A stretch of 36,442 nt of DNA, from the IMG/VR virus record IMGVR_UViG_3300027769_000071, positions 1 through 36,442 of that record. One strand, 5' to 3'. How positions within the stretch are numbered: the first letter of the stretch is position 1; every line of letters begins with the position of its first letter. Of this stretch, positions 14,973-24,195 are shown one piece after another. The translations under genes were made by a program, and so were the position numbers. Under the pieces are notes generated by a model. That model was not told where the DNA came from, made no database searches, and saw only the letters and a program-made list of their open reading frames with translations. Origin of the DNA: a virus. Taxonomy: Duplodnaviria; Caudoviricetes.

Positions 14973-15461
14973 ATCACCGTTGTATCTTCCGGTGATTGCA
15001 TAGGACTTCTCGGGCCTGCCAGCGATGTGATGAAAGACCATCTGACCGATCTTCATCCCAGGCCATAGCGCGATGTTGTGATACCGGCGGCTGTTGTGCA
15101 GTTCCAGCGTCATGACACTCCCGTGGAAGCCTGGGTCGGCAAAACCGGCCATCAGGTGTTCCAACCCTTCGCGGGCACGGCTGCTCTTGAGCATGAACTG
15201 CGCAGCAACAAAATCAGGCAGGTTGAAGATCTCCTGCGTCTCGCCTAGCACGAACTCACCAGGCGCCAGATAGTACGGGCTGGATTGAGTGTGATGGCTG
15301 ATGTCGTACGGTTGAAGGTCCAGCGAGTGTTTGACCTCCAGCATCAGGTTGTTGCCGAGCAGTACGTCAAGGCTGGCAGGGTTCTGAAGATCTGGATTGT
15401 ACGGAAGCACCATGGCTTCATGGATGCACAATTCCCTGATTTCATGGTCTGGAATGATCAT
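14946..15461 (-). CDS. dcd: dCTP deaminase
   Basis: NPASLDV.LG, LAPGEFVL..T.E, KSSRAREG, AGFADPGFHG..TLEL, GMKIGQMVF, GRYNG. Confidence 0.9.
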   Translation of the reverse strand: MIIPDHEIRELCIHEAMVLPYNPDLQNPASLDVLLGNNLMLEVKHSLDLQPYDISHHTQSSPYYLAPGEFVLGETQEIFNLPDFVAAQFMLKSSRAREGLEHLMAGFADPGFHGSVMTLELHNSRRYHNIALWPGMKIGQMVFHHIAGRPEKSYAITGRYNGDLTVTASRG

Positions 15462-16048
15462 CAATAATCCCAACGAACGCGAGGTTGACCTTTGCGGATG
15501 CCAAGATGCACAAAGCCCTTGGGCGCCCCATAGCCTACCGAGTACGGCCAGATGCGATCACAGAACTTCTGCACTTCATAAATGTCGGTTTTTTCAACGT
15601 AGAAGTCAACCGCGCCGACGCTAGGTGCGTCGTACAGGTGCTCAGAGCTGCTAGCACCACCGACGCTGCGGTTGATGATTGGCGGTCTGTATCCGCTGGT
15701 GATGACCACGGTATTGTTCCCGAAGGTCATCCTGACGCGCTCTAGGAACTGCGCCAACTTCAGGGCTGTGTCGCATTGGTGCTGATGATCAAAGCGGCGC
15801 ACCTCTTGGTAGAGCGCAAACTCGCCGTAGACAATGTTGGGCGTGATGCGGAAGTCGAAGGGACTGTCGGGCTTGAACTGCCCAGACTGGCTCCAGGTCT
15901 TGAACCATGGCCTGTCGCGGCGCATGGCGATGCTGTAGCCAGCGGTGAGGATGTCCTGCTCCAGTTCAGCGATGGCTGCCAGCTGGTGCGGCATTCCACG
16001 ATTGAAGCGGAACAGCTGCTCCAGTGTGATCGGTGCGTTGTTAGTCAC
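15461..16048 (-). CDS. endolysin, Zn peptidase M15A family
   Basis: ITSGYRP..NRSVGGASSSEH, GAVDF, GFVHLG. GTG start inferred at 16048. Confidence 0.85.
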   Translation of the reverse strand: MTNNAPITLEQLFRFNRGMPHQLAAIAELEQDILTAGYSIAMRRDRPWFKTWSQSGQFKPDSPFDFRITPNIVYGEFALYQEVRRFDHQHQCDTALKLAQFLERVRMTFGNNTVVITSGYRPPIINRSVGGASSSEHLYDAPSVGAVDFYVEKTDIYEVQKFCDRIWPYSVGYGAPKGFVHLGIRKGQPRVRWDY

Positions 16049-16214
16049 GTTCCCATGGAGAGTGGATGCTGATCGGACCACCAAGTAGGCGGCTGTCGCC
16101 AGTTTGCGCCTCAGTGTCAACCGGATGATGCTGGATCACCGGCTCAGGCATGGCTGGTGGCTGCGTGGCGTGCCAGTCCTCGATAGCAGCGTCGAGCCGT
16201 GGCCCGACGGTCAA
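16041..16214 (-). CDS. -1 frame extension of the holin-like gene (or a separate TTG-start ORF)
   Basis: LTVGPRLDAAIEDWHATQPPAMPEPVIQHHPVDTEAQTGDSRLLGGPISIHSPWERD, reached by a -1 slip at CCCAAAG; its stop overlaps the endolysin start. Confidence 0.6.
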   Translation of the reverse strand: MTVGPRLDAAIEDWHATQPPAMPEPVIQHHPVDTEAQTGDSRLLGGPISIHSPWERD

Positions 16215-16354
16215 CGCTTTGGGAAGGCAAGCCGCAGGAATTGGAGGATCAGCTGGATGATGCTGTTGGACTTGAGGGGGCTGATTCCGATGATCTCACT
16301 AGCAGCTGCAACGGCAATGGCGATACCTGCTGCGGTGTTGGCGTCGATGCTCAT
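16211..16354 (-). CDS. small hydrophobic holin-like protein (47 aa)
   Basis: Hand translation MSIDANTAAGIAIAVAAASEIIGISPLKSNSIIQLILQFLRLAFPKR, ATGA-coupled, upstream of the endolysin. Confidence 0.7.
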   Translation of the reverse strand: MSIDANTAAGIAIAVAAASEIIGISPLKSNSIIQLILQFLRLAFPKR

Positions 16355-16620
16355 GGGTTGACGTGATTGGTTGCCTCAAGCCTAGCGATGCGTTGCTCAG
16401 CGGTGCCCAGTCGTCCGAACAGCTCTCGGCGGTCGGTACGCATGTCCTCGCGAATTGCGGTCAGCTCAGTGGCGATGTGCTCGACGCCAGAGGACAGCTT
16501 CGCAATGGCCAGGTTGGCGGCCTGATCTTCTTTGCCGCGACGATCTACCCATTTGGCGGCATTACCGCTGAGACCACCTAGCACAAGACAGGCCACGCCG
16601 ACGATAAGGTTTTCGATCAT
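16351..16620 (-). CDS. single-TM coiled-coil membrane protein of the lysis cassette
   Basis: N-terminal hydrophobic helix, C-terminal coiled coil ending EQRIARLE. Confidence 0.7.
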   Translation of the reverse strand: MIENLIVGVACLVLGGLSGNAAKWVDRRGKEDQAANLAIAKLSSGVEHIATELTAIREDMRTDRRELFGRLGTAEQRIARLEATNHVNP

Positions 16621-16650
16621 GACCTGTCGCGTGGTCCCTACCCAAACAGC

Positions 16651-16785
16651 CTACTTACCCTGCCCGCGTGTTTTCTTCCGCCTGTGATTAGGCTTGGATC
16701 GAGTGCCTTGGCCCTGGCGCGTGAGCTTAGGCTTGCCAGGGATGTGCTCGATGCGAGCGGTGCCGGTTTTGCTGCGGACGGCCAC
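16651..16785 (-). CDS. small basic protein (44 aa)
   Basis: Hand translation MAVRSKTGTARIEHIPGKPKLTRQGQGTRSKPNHRRKKTRGQGK, TAGTG coupling. Confidence 0.65.
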   Translation of the reverse strand: MAVRSKTGTARIEHIPGKPKLTRQGQGTRSKPNHRRKKTRGQGK

Positions 16786-16970
16786 TATTTCAGTCCTAGA
16801 AGTGCTTTCAGGTCAGCTACTTCCAGTCCAAGTGCTTCTAGCTTTTCCGCAGGAGTTGGATCAGGGATTGGCTTTGGTTTCGACTGGGATTGGATTGCAG
16901 CGATTTCCTCAGCAGTCAGCTCAATGACCTGCTGCTCGCCAGTTTGCAGATCAACAACGATGCGGTGCAT
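16785..16970 (-). CDS. small tail-fibre-associated protein
   Basis: Directly after the fibre gene; TGEQ..IELTAEE and TPAEKLEALGL.V.DLKALLG motifs. Confidence 0.7.
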   Translation of the reverse strand: MHRIVVDLQTGEQQVIELTAEEIAAIQSQSKPKPIPDPTPAEKLEALGLEVADLKALLGLK

Positions 16971-16973
16971 GAG

Positions 16974-18338
16974 TTAGCCCTCGTAAAGAATATTGATGGT
17001 GCCAGCGTCGAAGGTGTCGGTTGGCGTTCCAGTGGTGCTGCCGATGATGCGCAAGCGGTCGAGAGTGCCGGAAAGCACTTTTGAACCTGCGCTAGAACCT
17101 ACCTGTTGCGTATTGCTCAAAGCAATGGTTCCTACCTGCGCCCATGTGTTGGTTGCAGAATTAACCAGCAGCAAAGTGACGGCGCCATGGCAAATGCTGC
17201 TGGTCGCCATGTTCGACTTGATGATAAAACCATAAGAGTTTTGTAGAAAAGTCGCTCCAACGGGAGTGCTTTCAGCGCCAAGATAACTCGACACCGTGGC
17301 GTCAATACCAGCTGATGTTCCCAGTTGAACCTGAAGATAGCCCCCTCCATTGGTGCTGACACCGCTGAACACCACAGTGATCCGCTTCGCCCAGCTCGGA
17401 ATGCCCGTGAAGGTGATCGACGTGCCGCTGGTCGAGGCGACGGCAGTACCGGACTTGATGATGTTGCTGGGCGTCAGAGTGGTCGTACCATCGCTATTGA
17501 CCGTAAGGCTTTCAACGCCTTCAACGGTGACCGCGAATTTGCCATTGCTGCCGGTATCCGTGACCTCGGCTTTGGTGTTGCCGACTTCGATCTTGGTGCC
17601 ACCTGAACCCGTCCAGCTCAGGGTGCCGCTGCCGTTGGTGCTGAGTAGCTGGCCTGAAGTGCCGTCAGTGCCCGGCAGGGTCCAGGTGACGTTACTGGCA
17701 ACCGTGGCCGGGGCTTGGAATGCTACCCAGTTGCTGCTGTCGGAATCAGCAAAGCGCAGATCACTTTGCGCGTTGAGGGTGACATTGCCTCCATAGACCG
17801 TGACATCACCCGTGCTGGCGATGCCAACACGCCGCGTACCGCCGGTTGCGAAGTCAAGCGCATCAGCGCCACTGCTGTAGATGCCAGTGTTGAGATCACC
17901 TGTGAATGTAACCGATGGCGTGCCAACAGCGCCAAGCGGATGGACAATCGCGAGGGTTGATGTCGTTGCCGTGGTGCTGATGCTGAACCGCAGCGTGCCA
18001 CCGGTGCTGATGCCTACCTGATCGGCACCAGGGCTGTAGACGCCAGTATCAGTGCCGCTGTCTTTAAAGTAGAAGGCAGGCGCAGCTGCCGTGCCATTCT
18101 CAATGGCGATGGTGGTGTATTCGCCATCCAGCTGATACAGCGTGATCCATGCGCTGTTTGCGCCATTGCGCATCTTCATCACGCCAGCGGTCGTATCCGC
18201 CCAGCGCATGTAGGCATAGGTCGTTGCGGGTGCAGTGGCGCTGCTGTTCTGGCTGACGATCGCCGCCAGCGCATCATTCAGGTCGCTGCGTACCGCAGCA
18301 CCTGTCCCGTTGGCAATGACGTAATCGTGAGTGGCCAC
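16974..18338 (-). CDS. tail fibre / receptor-binding protein
   Basis: G/S/T-rich, repeated APAFYF..D.DTG.YS.GAD units, located after J. Confidence 0.8.
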   Translation of the reverse strand: MATHDYVIANGTGAAVRSDLNDALAAIVSQNSSATAPATTYAYMRWADTTAGVMKMRNGANSAWITLYQLDGEYTTIAIENGTAAAPAFYFKDSGTDTGVYSPGADQVGISTGGTLRFSISTTATTSTLAIVHPLGAVGTPSVTFTGDLNTGIYSSGADALDFATGGTRRVGIASTGDVTVYGGNVTLNAQSDLRFADSDSSNWVAFQAPATVASNVTWTLPGTDGTSGQLLSTNGSGTLSWTGSGGTKIEVGNTKAEVTDTGSNGKFAVTVEGVESLTVNSDGTTTLTPSNIIKSGTAVASTSGTSITFTGIPSWAKRITVVFSGVSTNGGGYLQVQLGTSAGIDATVSSYLGAESTPVGATFLQNSYGFIIKSNMATSSICHGAVTLLLVNSATNTWAQVGTIALSNTQQVGSSAGSKVLSGTLDRLRIIGSTTGTPTDTFDAGTINILYEG

Positions 18339-18365
18339 AAATCAGGCTCACACTATGCCCACAGT

Positions 18366-21300
18366 TTACACTTGCTTGCCGTAGCCGGTTGCGCTGTAGG
18401 TGAAGTTGCGGTCCACTGCCGTGCCAGCGCTGTTTTTGAACGTCACCGTAAAGCCGGTGCCGCTGATGCTGGTGACCTCGTAATAGTCACCGCTGGCCAT
18501 GTTCTGCGCAAGGATCCCGATGGTCGGAAAGACCGTGCCGCCCTTGGTGTAGAAGGGATAGTCGAACGTCACGGCCTTGGCAGCTGCGCCGCTGGCGATG
18601 GTGGTCGTGCTTTGATCGGTGCGGCGCTGGAATGTCGCCTCGTATCCCAAGGCATCGATCAGGATGTTCTGCGATGCGTTGCGGCTTTCGAGTTGCGCCT
18701 TGAACTGGAACGCCCGAGCGCGGAACGTGCCATTCACGAAATCCTGCCAGCCGGACCACGTTGGAGTGCCGCTCGGGTTGTCATCAGTGGAACGCAGCAT
18801 CAGGCGTGCATTGACCTGATCGACCACCGCACCATCGAAGTCGTTCCAGCTGTCGATCAGATCAAGCCGTGCGTCGATGGTGTCATTCGGGTAAAAGCCA
18901 CGGGTGACGAAGTAGCGCTTGAGGTCCAGAGCATAGACAGCGCCCAGGTCCAGCGTGCTGGCGAAGGCGTATTCGCCCATCGTCACGATGCTGCCGAGAT
19001 AGTCGAGACTGAGCACCGAATCCAGATCGAGAATGGCATCGAAATTGCCATCGCCGTCGAGGGTCAATGCATCAAAGTCACCGCTGTAGAACACATCGGT
19101 CTTAGCACCTTGGAATGGCGGCGAGTCCTGGTCTTCGCGGCGTGCATCGGCGACGAGGTAGCCGAGCGCATCAGGGAAATCAACGATGACGCTGGTTTCG
19201 CTGGTCGATTGCCTGCCGCCGTCGTCTTCAAACTTGACGAGAATTTCACCTTCGACCAATGGCACAATGGCCTCAGTAGCAGCGCCGGACTTTGCTGGAA
19301 TCAGGTCAACGCTGTCGCTCCATGTCGCCGTGCCGTCGGTCAGGTTGCTATGGCGGATGTGGATGCGTCCGCCGGTCTTGACGTCAAGGTCAACGGTTTG
19401 ATCCCACCTGAGCCGTGCGCTGTTGGCGCTGATCGGCTCAATCGTGAGGTTTTGTACGTTGCCTGGTGGTGCAGTCTTGCCGACGAGCGTGAACTCAGCA
19501 ATAGCGGCAGAGCTGAGCTTGCCAATGCCGTTCATGCTGCGAACTTGAACGTAGAGCGTGCCAGCCTTAAGGCCCGTCAGCCGGACTGAAGGTGATGGCG
19601 TCTCAACCTGAATCCAGTTATTGTTATCGAGGCGGTATTCAACGCGGAAGGTATCGACGCGACTGATTGGGCTGATCCAGCTCAGCTCGACGGCAGTGAG
19701 CACGCTTTGCCCATCAACGTAGAGATGTTCGGTCGCGGTGATCGAGCCTGGCGGTTCTGGGATGGCCGATAGGTTGCTGATGTCCCTGAATTCCAGGGTC
19801 AGGTCAGATTCGATCGCGGCATAGAGGGATTCGTTGTAGGCGAGTGCCGTGACTGAAAACGCGCCATCTTCGCCCTCGGCAACGCTTAGCACGCGGAACA
19901 GACTGCTTTGGATGTCGGTGGTTTCGATCAGGAAGACGCCGGCCGGGTTGGGCGCCTCACTGAAGGCTGATGACACGGTGAACACGCTGCCAGCAATGGA
20001 GCTGATGTTGCGCGTCTCAACAAGGCCTGTGGGCAGCAGGATGGAAATCGTTGGACTGTTTGCTGTCGTCGTCGGCAGGCCGCTAGTGCTGTCAACCGTG
20101 ATCGCGGTCGTGGTGGCAGACGTGATGCGACCTGATCTCCTAGATCCTGACTTGACTGGATCGGCGATACCAACCACCATGCCAGGCCGCAGCACGATGC
20201 CAGAGTCGATGCTGACGCCGAAGCTGACGGTTTCGGTCAGGTTCTGCTCAGTCAGCAGCGCCCACTTGCCGAGGCGATGGGCCTGGCCGCGGCTGTAGCA
20301 ACCAAAGGCCTTCAGGTCCTTGTTGATGACGCCGTACTTGCTGACCGCATCTGAATCCTCGACGTACTCAAACTCGACCTCTCCCAGCGTGTCGTAGGAC
20401 TGGTAAGAGACCGTGGCGGTGCTGTGGCGTGCCTTCTGCGAACTACCGCTGTAGCTGAAGTTGCCATCAATGACATTGCTTGGTCCGAGGATGTATTGAG
20501 CATCGCTGGGCTTGTCAGCCAGCACCACCATCGAACCAGCACCGTAGTAGGCGATGCCACGGAAGATCGAGACGAACTCCTGGATGATGTTGTAGACCTC
20601 ATCTCTGCTGTTGAGCAGCACATGGCACATGAAGCGCGGCTCCAGGGCGCCGAAGCCATTACTTACCAGCTCGTTGCAGTATTGGCTAATCGCGTAGAAG
20701 TCGTAACGGTCGAGGCTGGATTCTGGAATACCTGCGCCGTATCGAGTGCTGGTGAGCAGATCCCACAAACACCAAGCTGGATCGGCGCACCATGTAGCAG
20801 CGCCGAAGGTGCCATCCCAGACGCCAGCGTAGGTGATGCGGCCTTTGTAGGTGGTTGTATCGACCGTGGCATTAGATGGGAGGCGTATCTTGATGCCACG
20901 GATTAGGTACTTACGTTGTGGGATGTTGTTGAACTGGCGCGAATCGAAGCGCAGGTAAGAGAGTGCACCGTTTGGGTATCTCAGTTTTTCGTCAATAATT
21001 TCTGTGAAGCTGAACCAATAGGTCTTGTTCTGGCGGCGTGCGCTGGTTTCATCAGCTGAGACGCGCACCAGCTTGATCTCAACTGGAAACGCACCACTCA
21101 ACGAGACGATGTAATCACGTTGATAGCTGTTGGTTGTCTTACCGCTGATCGTGTCATCAGTGACGGTGGTGTAACCGCCGCCGTTGTACTGAACCTGGAT
21201 CTGAACGCGAACGGAATGGCCAACGATGTCGCCATCGTCTTCGATGATCTGAAGCGCCGGGAGCTGCACCGTGACACGAACGCGATCGACGTCGGCGTCG

Positions 21301-21650
21301 GTGATCGTGCGAACGACGGGCGTCGGGTTGGTGATCTCAACGTTGACGCCGTTTTCTGATTCGATGCCTTGCGTGCCAGCGATGTAGGTCTGGGCCTGCG
21401 TGCCGGTCTTGAACTCCGTTGTGTAGCCGGTGAAATTGGCGGCGCCACCTGCACCCGTGATCGGCGTTCCATCGAGGTAGACGCTTTTGAGCCCGTCGTC
21501 GAGGCCCTCGACCTCACCTTCACTGATCAGGTCGAGGACGGTGCCATATTGAATCGACTGGAGCGAATCATCGGCTTCTGTTGGCGTGTGCTGCCCACCG
21601 CCACCGCCCTTGCCGCCACCGCCACCTGCACCACGAATGAGGTCTGTCAT
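18366..21650 (-). CDS. tail tip / host specificity protein (lambda J-like, FN3 domains)
   Basis: GAGGGGGKGGG start, DLISEGE, DPAWCLWDLLT..RYG, QAHRLGKW, FN3-like repeats. Confidence 0.9.
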   Translation of the reverse strand: MTDLIRGAGGGGGKGGGGGQHTPTEADDSLQSIQYGTVLDLISEGEVEGLDDGLKSVYLDGTPITGAGGAANFTGYTTEFKTGTQAQTYIAGTQGIESENGVNVEITNPTPVVRTITDADVDRVRVTVQLPALQIIEDDGDIVGHSVRVQIQVQYNGGGYTTVTDDTISGKTTNSYQRDYIVSLSGAFPVEIKLVRVSADETSARRQNKTYWFSFTEIIDEKLRYPNGALSYLRFDSRQFNNIPQRKYLIRGIKIRLPSNATVDTTTYKGRITYAGVWDGTFGAATWCADPAWCLWDLLTSTRYGAGIPESSLDRYDFYAISQYCNELVSNGFGALEPRFMCHVLLNSRDEVYNIIQEFVSIFRGIAYYGAGSMVVLADKPSDAQYILGPSNVIDGNFSYSGSSQKARHSTATVSYQSYDTLGEVEFEYVEDSDAVSKYGVINKDLKAFGCYSRGQAHRLGKWALLTEQNLTETVSFGVSIDSGIVLRPGMVVGIADPVKSGSRRSGRITSATTTAITVDSTSGLPTTTANSPTISILLPTGLVETRNISSIAGSVFTVSSAFSEAPNPAGVFLIETTDIQSSLFRVLSVAEGEDGAFSVTALAYNESLYAAIESDLTLEFRDISNLSAIPEPPGSITATEHLYVDGQSVLTAVELSWISPISRVDTFRVEYRLDNNNWIQVETPSPSVRLTGLKAGTLYVQVRSMNGIGKLSSAAIAEFTLVGKTAPPGNVQNLTIEPISANSARLRWDQTVDLDVKTGGRIHIRHSNLTDGTATWSDSVDLIPAKSGAATEAIVPLVEGEILVKFEDDGGRQSTSETSVIVDFPDALGYLVADARREDQDSPPFQGAKTDVFYSGDFDALTLDGDGNFDAILDLDSVLSLDYLGSIVTMGEYAFASTLDLGAVYALDLKRYFVTRGFYPNDTIDARLDLIDSWNDFDGAVVDQVNARLMLRSTDDNPSGTPTWSGWQDFVNGTFRARAFQFKAQLESRNASQNILIDALGYEATFQRRTDQSTTTIASGAAAKAVTFDYPFYTKGGTVFPTIGILAQNMASGDYYEVTSISGTGFTVTFKNSAGTAVDRNFTYSATGYGKQV

Positions 21651-22264
21651 TGCAGCTGATCCACATCAAGGCCGCTGCTGATCACTGCAGAACCAGTGAA
21701 CACGCGACCGTAGGCGATCGGTACGGGCAGGCCTTGCTTAGTGGTGTTGACGATGCCGCTGAAGGTGAACGACTCAAGGCGTGCGGCTTCCTTGCCGGTG
21801 TTGAAGCCAAGCTCGGGCTGAGGGGAGATCATCTGGGCAATCCCACCAAGCAAAAGGCCGGTACCGATGGTTGTAAGAACGCTGCTGACTGCGATTGGCG
21901 CGGCAAGGCCGAACAGTCCGATGGTTGCGCCACCAGTGAAGAACGAAAGCGCAATCAACCCAATGCCTGCCAGCACGCTGCCAAAGCCTTCTCCAGCGCC
22001 GGCAATCACAGGCGTGATGCTGAAGACCTCACGCTCGCTCCAGGGCATCACGAGGCCTTCGGGCGCGGCGTTGGTAATCTTCTCGCGGCCGACGGTGACG
22101 CGGAAGTGCATCCCATCGCCTTCGCGGTCAACAAACCAACGGTCGAGGCCAGGGAAATTGACGCAAAGAGCCTTCAACGCCTGCGCTGGCGTGTCAGCGT
22201 GAAATTCAAAGCGGCACTGGCCCAGCTTCTTGCGGAGTGCGCCGTAGACCTTAACGACTTTCAT
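21647..22264 (-). CDS. tail assembly protein (lambda I-like)
   Basis: VKVYGAL, PVIAGAG, FSG.VNT..QG.PVPIAYG...GS.VIS. Confidence 0.9.
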   Translation of the reverse strand: MKVVKVYGALRKKLGQCRFEFHADTPAQALKALCVNFPGLDRWFVDREGDGMHFRVTVGREKITNAAPEGLVMPWSEREVFSITPVIAGAGEGFGSVLAGIGLIALSFFTGGATIGLFGLAAPIAVSSVLTTIGTGLLLGGIAQMISPQPELGFNTGKEAARLESFTFSGIVNTTKQGLPVPIAYGRVFTGSAVISSGLDVDQLQ

Positions 22265-22964
22265 GCCGTAGGACCATGGCCGTGTTCTTCACATAGTAGC
22301 CGCCGAAGACATCACGACTCGACAGCCTGCCTTGAACGTGGTGCAAGATCTGCTGATCACCCAGATAGATGGCGGCGTGGTTAGGCAGGTTGGCGCCAAG
22401 CTGCATCAGTATGGAGTCGCCGTGTTGGAGCTCGGCGAAAGGGATCTGGCGAAAGCCCTGGCTTTTGTAGTTGTCGAGGTACAGGTTCTCACCACGCTCC
22501 CAGAACAAATCGCGGCGCTCGAAGTTGGCTAGGTGCAGATTCAATTCACGGGCGTACCAATCACGAATCAGCGCATAACAATCGACGACGCCAAAGACAA
22601 ATTCCCTGCCGACGTATGGCAGCTCAAACTCAGATGGCTCGCATCCGCCCCATTGCTCGATCTTTGGATTGACGATCACCCATGGCAGCCCGGTGGCATT
22701 ACAGCTGAGCTGGTCCGCTGGTGAGGGGACGGGTTGCGTGGTTGGGTGGCTATGGATGACCGCCACGATCTCGCCAGCATCCTCGGCAGCGGCATAGTCC
22801 GTAGGGTCAAGGACAAAGTGCTCGTCTGGTGTGGCAGCAATGTTGCGGCAGGGGAGGTACCGGCGTCGGCCCTTGACCACAACGATCAGTCCGCAGCACT
22901 CGCGGGGATCTTCGGCCTTGGCATGAGCGAGAATTTCAGCCTTGAGGCGATCGGTCAGGTTCAT
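22251..22964 (-). CDS. tail assembly protein K (JAB + NlpC/P60)
   Basis: PRECCG, HSHP..PS.AD, GVVDCY, NHAAIY, ILHH. Confidence 0.9.
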   Translation of the reverse strand: MNLTDRLKAEILAHAKAEDPRECCGLIVVVKGRRRYLPCRNIAATPDEHFVLDPTDYAAAEDAGEIVAVIHSHPTTQPVPSPADQLSCNATGLPWVIVNPKIEQWGGCEPSEFELPYVGREFVFGVVDCYALIRDWYARELNLHLANFERRDLFWERGENLYLDNYKSQGFRQIPFAELQHGDSILMQLGANLPNHAAIYLGDQQILHHVQGRLSSRDVFGGYYVKNTAMVLRHESR

Positions 22965-23854
22965 TGTGTCAGCCCTGCGCCAGGGAAGGACCCGAACGGC
23001 AGCGGTGATGTAGCGCCGAAGCGCAGCTTGCATGAACTGAGCCGCTTACCGCACTTGTCAGCGCCGAGGGTGCCGACGGGTTCATCCTTGGCGTTCCAGT
23101 AGTTGATGCCGGTGTAACCGCACTCCGCCGAGCGGTATTGCCATTGGCAGATGTTGGCGATGATCTGTCGCTTGGGAATCATCATGCCTGCCAGGTCAAA
23201 CTTGCTGGCCAGCTCCCATTGCACCACGTCGCGGGTCTCGGCGCTCTTGCGGTCGATGTACCAGATCTCATCTGGGAACTTCGCGTGCGGATCAGCCGCC
23301 GCCTCGCCATCAAGAAATTTCTTCAACGTGCGGATGCGTGTCACGGTCGCACCGCCAAGGTCGTTTCCTGGCGTAAACGCATTGGCCAGCAGCAGCAGCG
23401 CGCTGATCTCACCGCCGAGATTGGCGACGCTCAATGTTGGCCGCGGCAGGGTGCCGGTGTTGCCGTACTCAAAGCCCTCGGCCTGGACTGGCAGACGGAT
23501 GTAGGTCTGACCGTTCCAGGTGATGTTGCCGGTGACCGCAGCATTAACGCCAGCGTGGAAATAGTAGGTGTCAGAGCTGCCGTGGAGTGCAGCAATCAGC
23601 TTCAGCTGGAACAGCTCGATGATGGCATTAGGCGCCAGCGCTGCCAGCTCCTCGTAGACGCTGCTGATCGCCTGCCAGGTCGCCGTGCCGTCGGCGATGG
23701 TGCTGCCGATGTCGGTCGGCCATACGGGCTCAGTGCTGGCACTGGTGCCTGCAACGGTGCAGCGGAAGACAAGCCCGCTGGTCTGAAGTGTCGTGGCGCG
23801 GCGTACATCACCGACGATGAACGCAGTGGTGGCAGCCCATGCCGTGAAGCTCAT
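22961..23854 (-). CDS. minor tail protein L with an extra N-terminal module
   Basis: IELF, LPRPTL, RIRT..KFLD, C.WQYRS.ECGY, DKCGK.L.SCKLRF. Confidence 0.9.
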   Translation of the reverse strand: MSFTAWAATTAFIVGDVRRATTLQTSGLVFRCTVAGTSASTEPVWPTDIGSTIADGTATWQAISSVYEELAALAPNAIIELFQLKLIAALHGSSDTYYFHAGVNAAVTGNITWNGQTYIRLPVQAEGFEYGNTGTLPRPTLSVANLGGEISALLLLANAFTPGNDLGGATVTRIRTLKKFLDGEAAADPHAKFPDEIWYIDRKSAETRDVVQWELASKFDLAGMMIPKRQIIANICQWQYRSAECGYTGINYWNAKDEPVGTLGADKCGKRLSSCKLRFGATSPLPFGSFPGAGLTQ

Positions 23855-24195
23855 GGCTCGAACACCTGCTCAAACGTTGCCGATAGGTTGGCTCTGCCGG
23901 TGTAGGGGATCGCCTTGCTCCATTCCCGGCAAACCCACTTGTAGGACGTTGCCGTATCGGGCGGCGTCCAATCGAAGGATTCCTGGCCTGCGCGTGCATC
24001 AAGGAACGCTTCAAGAGTGTCGCAGTTGGCCTCGGAGATGTTGTTCCATGTCAGCGCCCATGACTTCGGGTTCTGGTTCAATCCAAACGTCAGCCGCTGC
24101 TCGTAGCCGTCTCCAAACTTGACGCTACGAACCGCTGGCCTGCTGCGTTTCTCGGCGCCGTAGGCAGGTGCTGGCGTGGAGGGAAAGGTAGCCAT
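23851..24195 (-). CDS. minor tail protein M (distal tail)
   Basis: FGDGYEQR...GLN, FL.A.AG.ESFDWTPP, ATFEQVFEP. Confidence 0.9.
   Translation of the reverse strand: MATFPSTPAPAYGAEKRSRPAVRSVKFGDGYEQRLTFGLNQNPKSWALTWNNISEANCDTLEAFLDARAGQESFDWTPPDTATSYKWVCREWSKAIPYTGRANLSATFEQVFEP

Noticed and set aside
16974-18338. Diversity-generating retroelement or invertible tail fibre
   Set aside because: No reverse transcriptase, invertase or second copy of the fibre 3' end was seen.
18327-19589. 420-aa + strand ORF and other long antisense ORFs (e.g. 21650-22384, 23138-23905, 27025-27819)
   Set aside because: They are shadow frames of GC3-rich structural genes with no recognisable motifs.
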